A stretch of 59,970 bases of DNA, counting the filler, from Gonapodya sp. JEL0774 (Eukaryota), in the NCBI GenBank assembly GCA_027604505.1. It is 9 parts of 9 records of this genome, joined end to end, with 100 filler letters (N's around TTAATTAATTAA, not from the genome) between each part and the next. Parts side by side here need not be neighbours in the genome. Positions count along the whole stretch, not along the records: positions 6,708 to 13,300 come from JADIIX010000575.1; positions 13,401 to 19,993 come from JADIIX010000576.1; positions 20,094 to 26,678 come from JADIIX010000577.1; 6 more parts are not named here. One strand, 5' to 3'. This document shows, one piece after another, positions 12,998 to 22,867 of the stretch; within the stretch, counting starts at the first letter, position 1; each line of letters begins with the position of its first letter. The notes under the pieces are model-generated. The model was not told where the DNA came from and did no database searches. It saw only the letters and a list, made by a program, of their open reading frames with translations. The position numbers and the translations under genes are program-made.

Positions 12998-13400
12998 CAT
13001 GAGGATTTGTGCGACACAAAGTATATTTGACTTGGTAGCTGGTAGTGTCATTTAGCGAAACACTTGTGTCACGGATGAAGTTAGAATCATGGGGTAAAAC
13101 AAGGACACTTGAATTCGACAACAGATTTTCCCCGAGGGCCTCAAACCATGTGACATATAAGTTCATACATATCCAGACGCACATATGTCCTTGTCGCCTT
13201 CAAAAGGTCAATTTTCACGGTGTCTGTTATCGCGAGTTGCTGCAATGGTAGTTGACTGGACAGAGTCGGGCAGAGGTTCACCCTTAGAGTAGATCTTTGA
13301 NNNNNNNNNNNNNNNNNNNNNNNNNNNNNNNNNNNNNNNNNNNNTTAATTAATTAANNNNNNNNNNNNNNNNNNNNNNNNNNNNNNNNNNNNNNNNNNNN

Positions 13401-16400
13401 GCTCGTTCTTGGCTCAGCCGATAGTCATATTGAGCACGTAGTGACTCTTGGGAAGTGAGCATGTTGACTTGTCTGTGGGGAGAACAGTGCAGAAGACACA
13501 AGGAAAATTCCGCCAAGCGACTCAAAGTTAGAAAAGGCCCACAGATGGGAAACGATGCCAAAAAAAAAAAATACAGTCTAACACTCACGCAAGCTGGTGT
13601 GTTTGTGCCTGGGCAATGTAAGTCAATGCAGAGCCCACTGAGGATCCATGCACCCATTGGGCCTTCCTACCGCGGAGTTCATCAAAAATGGCTAAACATT
13701 GCAGTAAATTTGATGTAGGAGATGTAGCGTGGCAATATGTGGGAAACATGCCGTTTGGTGTCCGAGAACGTATCATGAGAAGGACGGGGGTGGGGGGGGA
13801 AGGGAGGAGCACAACGGGCCAANNNNNNNNNNCCCCCGCAGGGAGGAGCACAACGGGCCAATGGACAAAACGCTCAACATGGCTGCAAGCTGAGATAAAA
13901 CAAAAAAAAAATCTCACGGTTCACTCCAAACAGGAGACGGCGAGCAGTTTCCCCTCTGTTAAAATCTCCTCTGTACGTTGCATGCTGCCACCATTCCTCT
14001 GTAATTTTGAACTCCATGGATCTGCGGGCTCTATGGGCAGCCCATCTGGCAGTGGGGTTGTTCTTGTCTGCTCCCATGACCAGCTGCACTGCTGGGTCCA
14101 TGGAACGTGTCCAATTGTACTGATACCACACATATCGCTGACCTGTATGTTCAAACAGTTGCAGTGATGTAGAGGAGTAAAAGGAGGGAAACAGAGCAGT
14201 TTTGTTTTCATGAGGGAGAAAAGCAAAGTTACATTCCATACTTGGTATAATTGCAATATCATTTCATTATGTGTTGAAGAACACGCACCTGTGTCAACAC
14301 TGTCACGATGTGACTACTGCTTCCACGGTCAGGTAGCTGGGGTGTGAAGGGGTGTTGTGATCGGAGAGACATTCACAGATGTGGCACTGTAGTATTTAGC
14401 ACAGGGGCCTGCAGACCTTCCTTACGTTTAGCACCGTGGGTCTGCAGGTGAGTATCTGTCGCTCATTATGTATTCATTCACTCATACATATCGTGGGTCT
14501 GCAGTTGTAGTCTCTGCGTGCTAGTCCTAGGCGGCTGACAGTGTGCTAAACGTCCATTACTGAATTTGGGGAGCCACTCGACTGGACCCCAAACTCAGAT
14601 TGTCACCCATTATCTCAACTTCTCTCTCTCTCTTGCCATCTCTCTTGGGTTGATTGCATCCATTTTGCAATGTCGCAAATCCCTCGTCCTGCCACCTGAT
14701 CCCGATCAACTATGTCTCTAAATATGGCCTCGCTTCCAACCTCATCAGCAGGGCCAGACCCCTCACCTGCAATTGATAGTCCTCTATCCCGGGAATTTCA
14801 TCGATTTCAAACTGAAATGCGCAAAGAAGTGGACGCTTTGAAGTCCATGGTCGCTGATCAGATTTCTGTCATAACCAACTTGCAAGCGGAGCGGGATGAC
14901 CTTCACCAGAGGAACATTGATTTTGACGTGGAAATCCAAGGTCTGAGAGATGCCATCTCCGCACATCAGTCTCTTCCTGCTCGACAGGCTGAGGATTCAC
15001 GGCGAGACCCCATACTTGAAGCGCCTCCCAAGTTCACGGGCGTTGCCACTGCATTACCTATCTGGCGCGGCCTAATGAACAACTTTTTCCGGGCACAACC
15101 TCATCGTTACCCTGATTCTGCAGCTCGGCTTTCATACGCTGCCTCTCGCCTTGACAACACTACTTTCTCATTCTACATGAGTTGGGAAGCAAATGAACTT
15201 CTACATACGTCTTCTCCCACCTGGGAATCCTTTCTTCTTGCGTTATCTTCCCACTATGACGACCCAAACCGGGAAATGAAGGCGCGTTCGGCACTCAACT
15301 CCATTCGGCCAATTGCAAATGAAGATTTTCAATTGTATTTTTTGCGTTTTGAATCTCTACGTCGTGAGGCCCGGGTTCCTGAGGAACTCTTGGTGGTTCC
15401 TTTCCGTCAAGGCTTGCCCCCCGCTATCCACCATGCCTTAGCGGTGGATCTTTCCCTTGCTCCCAATGACTTGGCAGCCAATATCACAAAGGCTCGCCTA
15501 TGCTTTGATCATTTGTCAACTTCTACACCAGTCCCTAAGCCTCCCTCTCCTACTAGGATCTCATATGTGGGAAAATGCAAAGAGCACCCTACCGCCAATC
15601 ATGATGACGCTCACTGTTTCAAGCAGCATCCAGAGCTTCAGAAATCTACTCGTCGTGTTGCAGTGGTGGACGGGGCCCCAGGTGGAACGCAGTCAGCGGG
15701 TTTTCCTTAGGCCCTGGGGTCACTTCTCGCCCGCCCCAGGGCCCACACCCGGCGATGGTGACATCTCACCACCGGGTTGGAGCTAGCAAAAATGGAGTAT
15801 ATACTGGAGTTTCTATAGAGGTTTCGCTAGAAATACACGGAGGTTCCACATCCGTCTATGCAGAGCTTGACTCCGGCTCTTCACTATTTGCTATCATCCA
15901 CCCTCTCTGTGCCCAACGTCTCAACATACCCATCCTTCCTCTCAAATCGCCTCTTCCAGTCCTCCGTGTCAATGACACTCCCATCTCTCCCGTTTCTATC
16001 ACCCATCGGACTTCCAGTCTCCCTTGTCTTATTGCCGGTCGCAAGTGGGAGCCCACTCTCTGGTTCTATGTCATGGACATTGGACAACGGGATGTTCTTA
16101 TCGGATATCCATGGCTGTCGAAGCATGATCCAGTGGTCGGGTGGAAGGATGGTTCAATTATTCCCTGAGCGGACTCAAGCACCCCACAGCTCGGGCCGGA
16201 ACCTTCTTTGCCCACACCAATCGTTTCCCCCATCTCTCATCCGTCCATTCCTCCTCTTCCTGCCGGTGTCCCCGATTGCTATTCTGATTTTGCGGACGTT
16301 TTCCATTTGGAAGCAGCTTCACAACTTCCCCCCTCACGTGGTGTTCATGACTTCCCAATCGAACTGAAGCCTGGCAAGGTTTTCCCTCGCTCTCGAAAGG

Positions 16401-19400
16401 TCTACAAGCTTGCTGCTGATGAGGATAAGCTTTTAGCGGATTTCTTGCGTACTGGGCTGGCAAATGGAACCATCAAACGGTCGAAGTCTGAGTTCGCAAA
16501 CCCAATTTTCTTTGTCCAAGAACCAACGAAAAAGAGGCTCTGTTTTGACCTTCGCGGAAAAAACTCTGTTCTAACTACAGATGCTTATTCTTTGCCTAAT
16601 CTCTCTGAGATGGTGACTGAAATGTCAGGATGTACTTTCAACACAAAGATTGACTTGCGGAAGGCTTACCACCAGATTCGAATTCGTGATTCTGATGTTC
16701 CTAAAACTGCATTCCGGTGCAAATATGGGACCTTTCAAACACGAGTCTTGATGGAGGGTTGGAAGAATGCCGGTGCACACTTCCAGCGATTTGTGGATGA
16801 AATTCTTGCACAGGCAGGGCTCTCTGAGTCTGTGAAGACCTATTTTGATGATAATGGAATCTCTACCAATGGATCCTTGGATGAACACATTTCTGTTGTG
16901 CGGGCCCTCCTGCAAGTGTTCCGGGAGAACAAGCTCTATGTCAATCACTCTAAATGCATCTTCCACGCCAATGAAATTCCTTTTGGGGGTCACATTGTTG
17001 GTTGCAATGGTGTGCGTTTGTCTGAAGATTCAAAAGTGGAAGTGAACTCCTTGCCAGTTCCCACCAGCACAAAAACAGCCCAAATGGTTCTTGGTTGAAT
17101 TCAGTGTTTCCAACGCTGGATACCTCATTATGCTGAGGTAGTTCGACCTCTCCAGGAAGTTTGCAAGCCTTCTGCTCCCTTCTTTTGGGGTGCGGAACAA
17201 ATTGCTGCGTTTGACCACGTCAAGCAGCTTATTTCAACATCTAAAGTGCTTCAACCTGCTGACCCATCCAAGCAATTTATTTGTTACACTGATGCTTCTG
17301 CCTATGGACTAGGGGCTGTTCTCCTTCAAAATGAACCGACGACTTCTTTTCCCCAAGCGGTTGAATTTTGGGGTCGCAAACTCAAATCTGCTGAACGCAA
17401 CTATTCCATTAATGACAAGGAGCTTCTGGCAATTGTGGAAGCTCTAAAACACTGGCGGCATTGGCTCTCTGGTACGGTCTTACCTGTTGATGTTCAGACA
17501 GATCATCGCAATCTACTATACTTCATTACAAAACGATTTCTGTCACCACGCCACGCTTGGTGGGCAGTTGATCTCTCTGAGTATAATATGCATCTTAGCC
17601 ATGTGAGCGGTTCAGCCAATTCTGCTGCTGATGCTCTATCACGGAATCCAGCCTATGTCCCCTCATCTGGTGAAGTGCTTTCAGATCGCGAGCAAGTCCT
17701 GCTACCCCCCACTCTATTCATCCCCCGGCCTCCTTATGCCAGTCGTGTTGCTGCAATTTCTGCTGACTTGGACTCTATTCCCCACACTATTCTTGAAGAT
17801 GAACATAAGCTTGCTATCTGTGAAGTTTTCCATGATCATCCTAGTGCAGGACATCCTTCCTGGGAGAGAACGCTGGCTAAAATTCAGGAAGCAGGGTATT
17901 CTTGGGAGGGAAGGCGTGTATATGTTCGGGATTACTGTCGCTCTTGTGACTCCTGTCAGCGCAACAAGACTGACCATACAAAGCCTTTTGGGCTTCTCCG
18001 TCCTCTTTCGATACCTGCTTAGCCATGGACACACATTTCGATGGACTTTGTCACTGGAATGCCTCCCAGTGAATACCTTGGTGTTACCTAAAATGCCGTT
18101 TTCTGTGTTCGTGAGCGACTCATGGGAATGGCCAGATGGATTCGTTGTGTTGACACTATTACTGCGGAACAGACAGCACAGCTTTTCATAGATGAAGTTT
18201 ATCGCTATTTTGGAATGCCTCTTGACGTAGTCTCTGATCGTGGTCCTCAATTTGCTTCTGCTTTTATGAAAACATTCTGGGAGCTCCTGTGTGTCAAGCC
18301 ATCTCTTTCTACAGCTTGGCATCCACAGTCAAATGGTGGTAATGAACATAGCCACCAGATTATGAACACCATTCTGCGGCACTATGGCAATTATGAGCAG
18401 AACAATTGGGCACAAAATCTCGGAATGGCTGAATTTGCTTACAACAACTCCGTAAACTCCACAACTAAGTTCTCACCATTTTATGCCTATACTTTGAATC
18501 ACCCACTTGCCACTCCTCTCTCAATTCCAAGAGTGGACTCCCCATCTCAAGCAGCAGAACGCACAGTAGAAAGGCTCATGGAGGTTCATAACCAAATGAA
18601 GGAACATATTGCTAACGCTCAAAAGGCTTGGGCAAAATCTGCTGATGCTCACCGCCGTGAGGTTCCATTCAAAGTTGGGGATCTTGTCTGGCTTTGTACT
18701 CGCAACCTCAAATCTTCGCGACCTTCTCGCAAGCTTGACTACACCAAAATTGGGCCTTTCCCTATAACTGCTCAAATTTCCCCTGTTAATTTCCGTTTGA
18801 ATCTTCCCCCCCATTTGCACATTCATCCGGTCTTCCATTCTTCCCTCCTCTCTCCTCACTATGCCAATTCTATTCCTGGGCGCATACCTCCTCCTCCTCC
18901 TCCTATTTCTTTTGCCTCGGAGACTGAAGTGGAGTGCATTCTTGACGTACGCAAGCGTGGTCGGCGCTGGGAGTGGTTAGTTGATTGGAAGGGCTATGGA
19001 ATTGTTGATCGTACTTGGGAACCTTGGCACTCATTCGGTCGTGCAAGGGACGCTGTTCTTGATTTTCACTGCACCAATCTTCTCAAACCAATGCCTCATC
19101 ATATTCGGGTGCTTCCTGACACTGAGGGCGAGGGAAGGAGGAGGTGAAAGGGAGGGGGCACACTGTCACGATGTGACTACCGCGTCCACGGTCAGGTAGC
19201 TGGGGTGTGAAGGGGTGTTGTGATCGGAGAGACATTCGCAGATGTGGCACTGTAGTATTTAGCACAGGGGCCTGCAGACCTTCCTTACATTTAGCACCGT
19301 GGGTCTGCAGGTGAGTATCTGTCGCTCATTATGTATTCATTCACTCATACATATCGTGGGTCTGCAGTTGTAGTCTCTGCGTGCTAGTCCTAGGCGGCTG

Positions 19401-19993
19401 ACAAACACCCCAGATTTCCATGTCTGGACAGTGCTCAAATTGCTCCAGTACAAGCACTGACAGGTTTGTCAAGTCGAAAACAAACCCATGGGAGGTAGAT
19501 GGATCAGGAACAACCTGATACCTGCGACCTTTCCTGTTTGTGTTATGTTCTTGGAGTGCAGGAATGCGTGCTTACAAAGAGTGAACCAAGATTTGTTGTG
19601 GGATGTAAATTTGGTGGGAAAAAGGGAAGGTGAGACAACATGAAACTCACGGGACTTGTAAATGTTCACATTTGAAGCAGATCCTGTCGTGGCATGTAAG
19701 GACACGTCGCAGCCATATCCATCCGTGATGATCTGAAACTTTTCGATATGAATGCCATTTTTATCTGCCAACAGAGAGCAAAACAGTGTAAGCGATCAAC
19801 TCATCCAGCATTGGCTCAACGGTGCAGCTACAAGAACAATGGGAATTTTCTGAAACCAACCTTGAGGAGGAATCTGCCATCGCCCTTTGCTGCAACAGAC
19901 ACCAAAATCTGAAGGTTTCAAAGGCCTTGTAATCCTTACTCCTCGGACCCGTGAGATATCAAAAAGCTGGAAAACCAGCCACATTTTTTGCTC
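13401..19993 (-). CDS. Partial Fanzor1-like (TnpB-family RuvC) nuclease gene with 5 predicted introns, disrupted by the LTR element. Exons 19993-19861, 19764-19576, 19528-19404 + 14295-14289, 14142-13918, 13691-13589, 13472-13401
   Basis: The spliced reconstruction is 854 nt without a stop. Motifs occur in Fanzor1 order: WLVFQLFDISRV, IITDGYG, EIWGVDTGQRY (RuvC-I-like), FKITEEWWQH, GVNPIFDEL, LRAQYDYRLSQERA. Both ends are cut by contig ends. Confidence 0.72.
14301..14540 (+). repeat. 5' LTR
   Basis: tgtcacgatg...gcggctgaca; 4 differences from the 3' LTR counted by eye. Confidence 0.98.
14543..14553 (+). promoter_or_regulatory. Self-priming primer-binding site GTGCTAAACGT
   Basis: Starts 2 nt after the 5' LTR and lacks the TGG start of a tRNA PBS. 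It is the exact reverse complement of ACGTTTAGCAC at 14424-14434 inside the LTR. Confidence 0.8.
14712..15710 (+). CDS. gag: Gag (coiled coil, retrotransposon gag domain, CxxHxxxxHxxxxC knuckle)
   Basis: PPKFTG...FFRAQPHRYPDSAARLSYAASRL, TWESFLLALSSHYDDP and CKEHPTANHDDAHC; intact 332-aa ORF. Confidence 0.92.
   Translation: MSLNMASLPTSSAGPDPSPAIDSPLSREFHRFQTEMRKEVDALKSMVADQISVITNLQAERDDLHQRNIDFDVEIQGLRDAISAHQSLPARQAEDSRRDPILEAPPKFTGVATALPIWRGLMNNFFRAQPHRYPDSAARLSYAASRLDNTTFSFYMSWEANELLHTSSPTWESFLLALSSHYDDPNREMKARSALNSIRPIANEDFQLYFLRFESLRREARVPEELLVVPFRQGLPPAIHHALAVDLSLAPNDLAANITKARLCFDHLSTSTPVPKPPSPTRISYVGKCKEHPTANHDDAHCFKQHPELQKSTRRVAVVDGAPGGTQSAGFP
15698..15761 (+). promoter_or_regulatory. 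-1 programmed ribosomal frameshift signal (G GGT TTT + stem-loop/pseudoknot)
   Basis: In-frame X XXY YYZ heptamer at 15698-15704, a 5-nt spacer, then a perfect 10-bp stem (GGCCCTGGGG 15710-15719 / CCCCAGGGCC 15734-15743). Pol is in the -1 frame and open from the slip site. Confidence 0.85.
15704..19147 (+). pseudogene. pol: Pol (protease, RT, RNase H, integrase, chromodomain), single frame with 4 premature stops
   Basis: AELDSGS; KIDLRKAYHQIRI and TYFDD; YTDASAYGLGAVL; HDHPSAGH...CRSCDSC; VVSDRGPQF; EVECILDVRKRGRRWEWLVDWKGY. Stops at 16166, 17096, 18020 and 18089. Confidence 0.95.
19146..19158 (+). promoter_or_regulatory. Polypurine tract
   Basis: GAAAGGGAGGGGG just upstream of the 3' LTR. 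Confidence 0.9.
19164..19403 (+). repeat. 3' LTR
   Basis: Same 240-bp sequence, preceded by a polypurine tract. Confidence 0.98.
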
Positions 19994-20093
19994 NNNNNNN
20001 NNNNNNNNNNNNNNNNNNNNNNNNNNNNNNNNNNNNNTTAATTAATTAANNNNNNNNNNNNNNNNNNNNNNNNNNNNNNNNNNNNNNNNNNNN

Positions 20094-20790
20094 AGGTGGG
20101 GAAGTTTTGAAAGGATGCTGAGCAGCTCGGGGAGGTATGAGAGGGGAATGAGATTAGCATGGAGGTAGAGAGCGACGAGATGTGGGAGTCGAGTGAGCGT
20201 CTTTGATCAAATATCGAGGCCCATCTGTCAGACAAGAAGAGTATCACTGTCACCGCTGTATCCGCAACGAACCTCCGCGTCCAGCTTGTCGAGTTTATTG
20301 AACGATAGATCCAACCATTCGATCTTTTCGAACAGATTCCCACCCAATCCACGCTTCTCGCCCACACGGTTGATCGCGCTGTCCAGACCTACAATGTGTG
20401 CGAGGTTGTTGTTGGAGAGCCGGACAGCGCGGGGTGGGTCCGAGGGTGCAACTGGGAGCGGCGGGTTCCGAGAAGTCTTCGCATGAGTATTGAGTGCTGC
20501 CGAGCGTGAAGAGGGACGCTGGGTGGTGGATATGGGAGTCTTGGAGTCCGGCGGGTTTGACGGATCACTGACATGTGATATGCGGGGCTCAATAACGACA
20601 ATATCTATAGGAACCCCATACCCGGGCGTACGCCCATTAAAGCAATATTTGATGGGTGGCGGAAATCTTCGATTTTATAAGAAGGTGGAGACTCACCTTC
20701 TATGACGTCCAAGTCCCGGAATGAGTAATCCAGCGGATCAGCGACAAGCGATGCCCATTCCTGTTTAACGACGGATTCTGCTTCCTTCAT
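20094..20790 (-). CDS. LRRC51: LRRC51-like leucine-rich-repeat protein (3' truncated)
   Basis: PLDYSFRDL, AVRLSNNNLAHI, IEWLDLSFNKLDKLD and LVALYLHANLI occur in the order seen in LRRC51. Intron 20696-20605 (GTGAGT..TAG) joins in frame. Confidence 0.75.
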
Positions 20791-22867
20791 GTATATGGAT
20801 ACGACGTAGACCCTTTCACTCTGTTTGCCATTGCGAAAGCTCGATGGCTGATCGTCTGTTTGTTGGTACGGCGCATCCTAGTTCTTCAAGGCATATAGTA
20901 GCTTCGCATGGTTCGACCTTCGCGCAGGCCTCCCTTCCAAAAGGGTTGAAACGTCACACCTGTGAGCGCGTACATAGCATGTCAACGGTATGCATTGCTT
21001 GCCGTTGTGCCTACTGGACCGTCAACCATGGACTTTTGCGAAGTATTGATGATTTTGCTTATTCTCAGTTCCAATAATACCAAATACTACATGAGATATC
21101 AATACATATGTCTAACGAATTGGTACAGGAATCGCTTCGATAGTCCATGCTTGGTTTGTATTACTGTCGACCGGCCATGCCCTCGAACACCTCAAATTGG
21201 TCGCGAGTGTCAGAATGACACAGAGTGTCCCGGCTCCTCTCACACTTTGTACCGTCTACTCGGCTCTCTCACACACAAGAGTCCGCGCGTGAGCCTCGAA
21301 TTGGCCCCTCCGACATATTTCACCGCCGGCTCGACTGGTTGCGGATTGGTGCCGCTCCGGTTCCATGATACGTTCCGACTTTGAAATCATAGCGCCAGGA
21401 AAAAGCACGCGACAGCTTCGTGGAAGGCTTGTGAGCCTCAACGAACGATTCAACCGAAGGCCTGGCTGGTTAATTCCGTCACCAGGTTGAAGCGGGGCTG
21501 AAAAGTCGGATCGCGGCGACTTTGGATGAGTTCGCGTGTAAGGAGAAGTAGTGTGAAAGGAGAGTGAGGCAGGTTTGCCGCGCATCGGGGCAGGTGGGGG
21601 CTCGAGACGCCGTGGAAGGTCAGAGAAGATCGGGTGGGTTCCGGCGTCGAGTTCGCGGAGGTGAACACGGGAATCGCGGATTGGCGTAGAAAGAATGAGA
21701 GAATCCTGTTGCATTGCAAAGCCTTGAGGGATTGAGGTTCTTGCGAAGCGTGTGGTATGGGGTTATGTAGCGCTAACGGGTGGTGGCAAGTGAGCTCAAT
21801 ATTTGAGTGGGCCAGTGAATCCGATGCGAAGATCCAGTGGCGCGGCAGAACGCTCCAGAAATTTTCCCTGTCGCAACGCCGCCTTTCGCAGGCCTTGCCA
21901 ACGTCAGCATGATCCGCAATGTAAACGTTAAATGGCAGCGCTGGTCTGAATTCGTCCCCCCAGGGTTGAGTCCCTCTCATTGAGTCTTGAAACTTTCAGC
22001 ATCCCCAATAGTGTTGACTACAGAAGCGTTGCTACACAAACGGTAGTAAAAAGCCTAGTCTTGACAGATTTGTCCAAGTCTGACATCTCGCGATGTATAT
22101 TCACCGGCGACAAAAACCCAAACCACGATGAGTATCTACATCATAGTGTCGTCATTCATGACCTTGAAGTGGTAATTCTTGGCAGATTTTTAGCGCTTGA
22201 AACAAGCATGCTCTTGCTAGTTAGAAGTAAGCTGGCACTTTTTACAAACAGGGAATGGGGCCAAGCTATTTGCATCACGTCGGGTCTTATCAAGACAGAA
22301 TACATTCTGAAAAGGGAGAGGAAGGCTTTTCCCTGGTAATCATGACAAAGACCCTTAAAATTGCGCTATACCGGTCATTGTGTTGATATACTAGAATGCG
22401 TGAAAACTATTCTAGCACAGATTCATTCAATGACTGCGCGCATGAGCTCATTACCAGAGAGCGGCGCCAGCGAACAAAGGCTCAATCAAAAGACAGAATC
22501 CACCTGCAAAGAAATTTGGAACACGTGTACGACAAAGTACGCTGGCCAAGCCTGATCATCTTCCTCGCACTCGGACATCACACAGTACCTCTGATAATGC
22601 CTGCAGCGCGCGGCAACCAGAGTGGAACCCATCAGAGGGACTGAGGTCATGGCCTCCGAGTTCTCGACGCTGGCCTGAGACCACGTTTCGGCTCGCCATG
22701 CGCTCCTTTGTCCCACAAATGCGTTAGCGATACTTTCCAACCCCGTTCCTGGTTGCTTGTTTTGTTTGGGAATCTCAGAGGGATCGTGCGTTCTCTTTGC
22801 GGTGTCCGCAGCACTCTACACAAGCTGTGCAGACTCGCAAAGGGCTCGTCCCCCTCTCGAACCAACG

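Larger units (their letters stand above)
14301..19403 (+). mobile_element. Full-length Ty3/Gypsy chromovirus LTR retrotransposon (Tf1/sushi-like), 5103 bp
   Basis: Two 240-bp LTRs with TGTCA...TGACA ends, a 5-bp TSD AACAC (14296-14300 and 19404-19408), and domain order gag, PR-RT-RH-IN-chromodomain. Confidence 0.98.

Noticed and set aside
13800..13861. 22-nt direct repeat agggaggagcacaacgggccaa around a 9-N gap
   Set aside because: Flanks a small scaffold gap next to a G-run; likely an assembly overlap artefact, and it lies within a predicted intron.
19469..19771. KDZ/Zisupton transposase interpretation of DGYGC and Cys/His-rich fragments
   Set aside because: The Cys/His residues fall mostly in predicted introns or other frames; the spliced motif order fits Fanzor/TnpB better.
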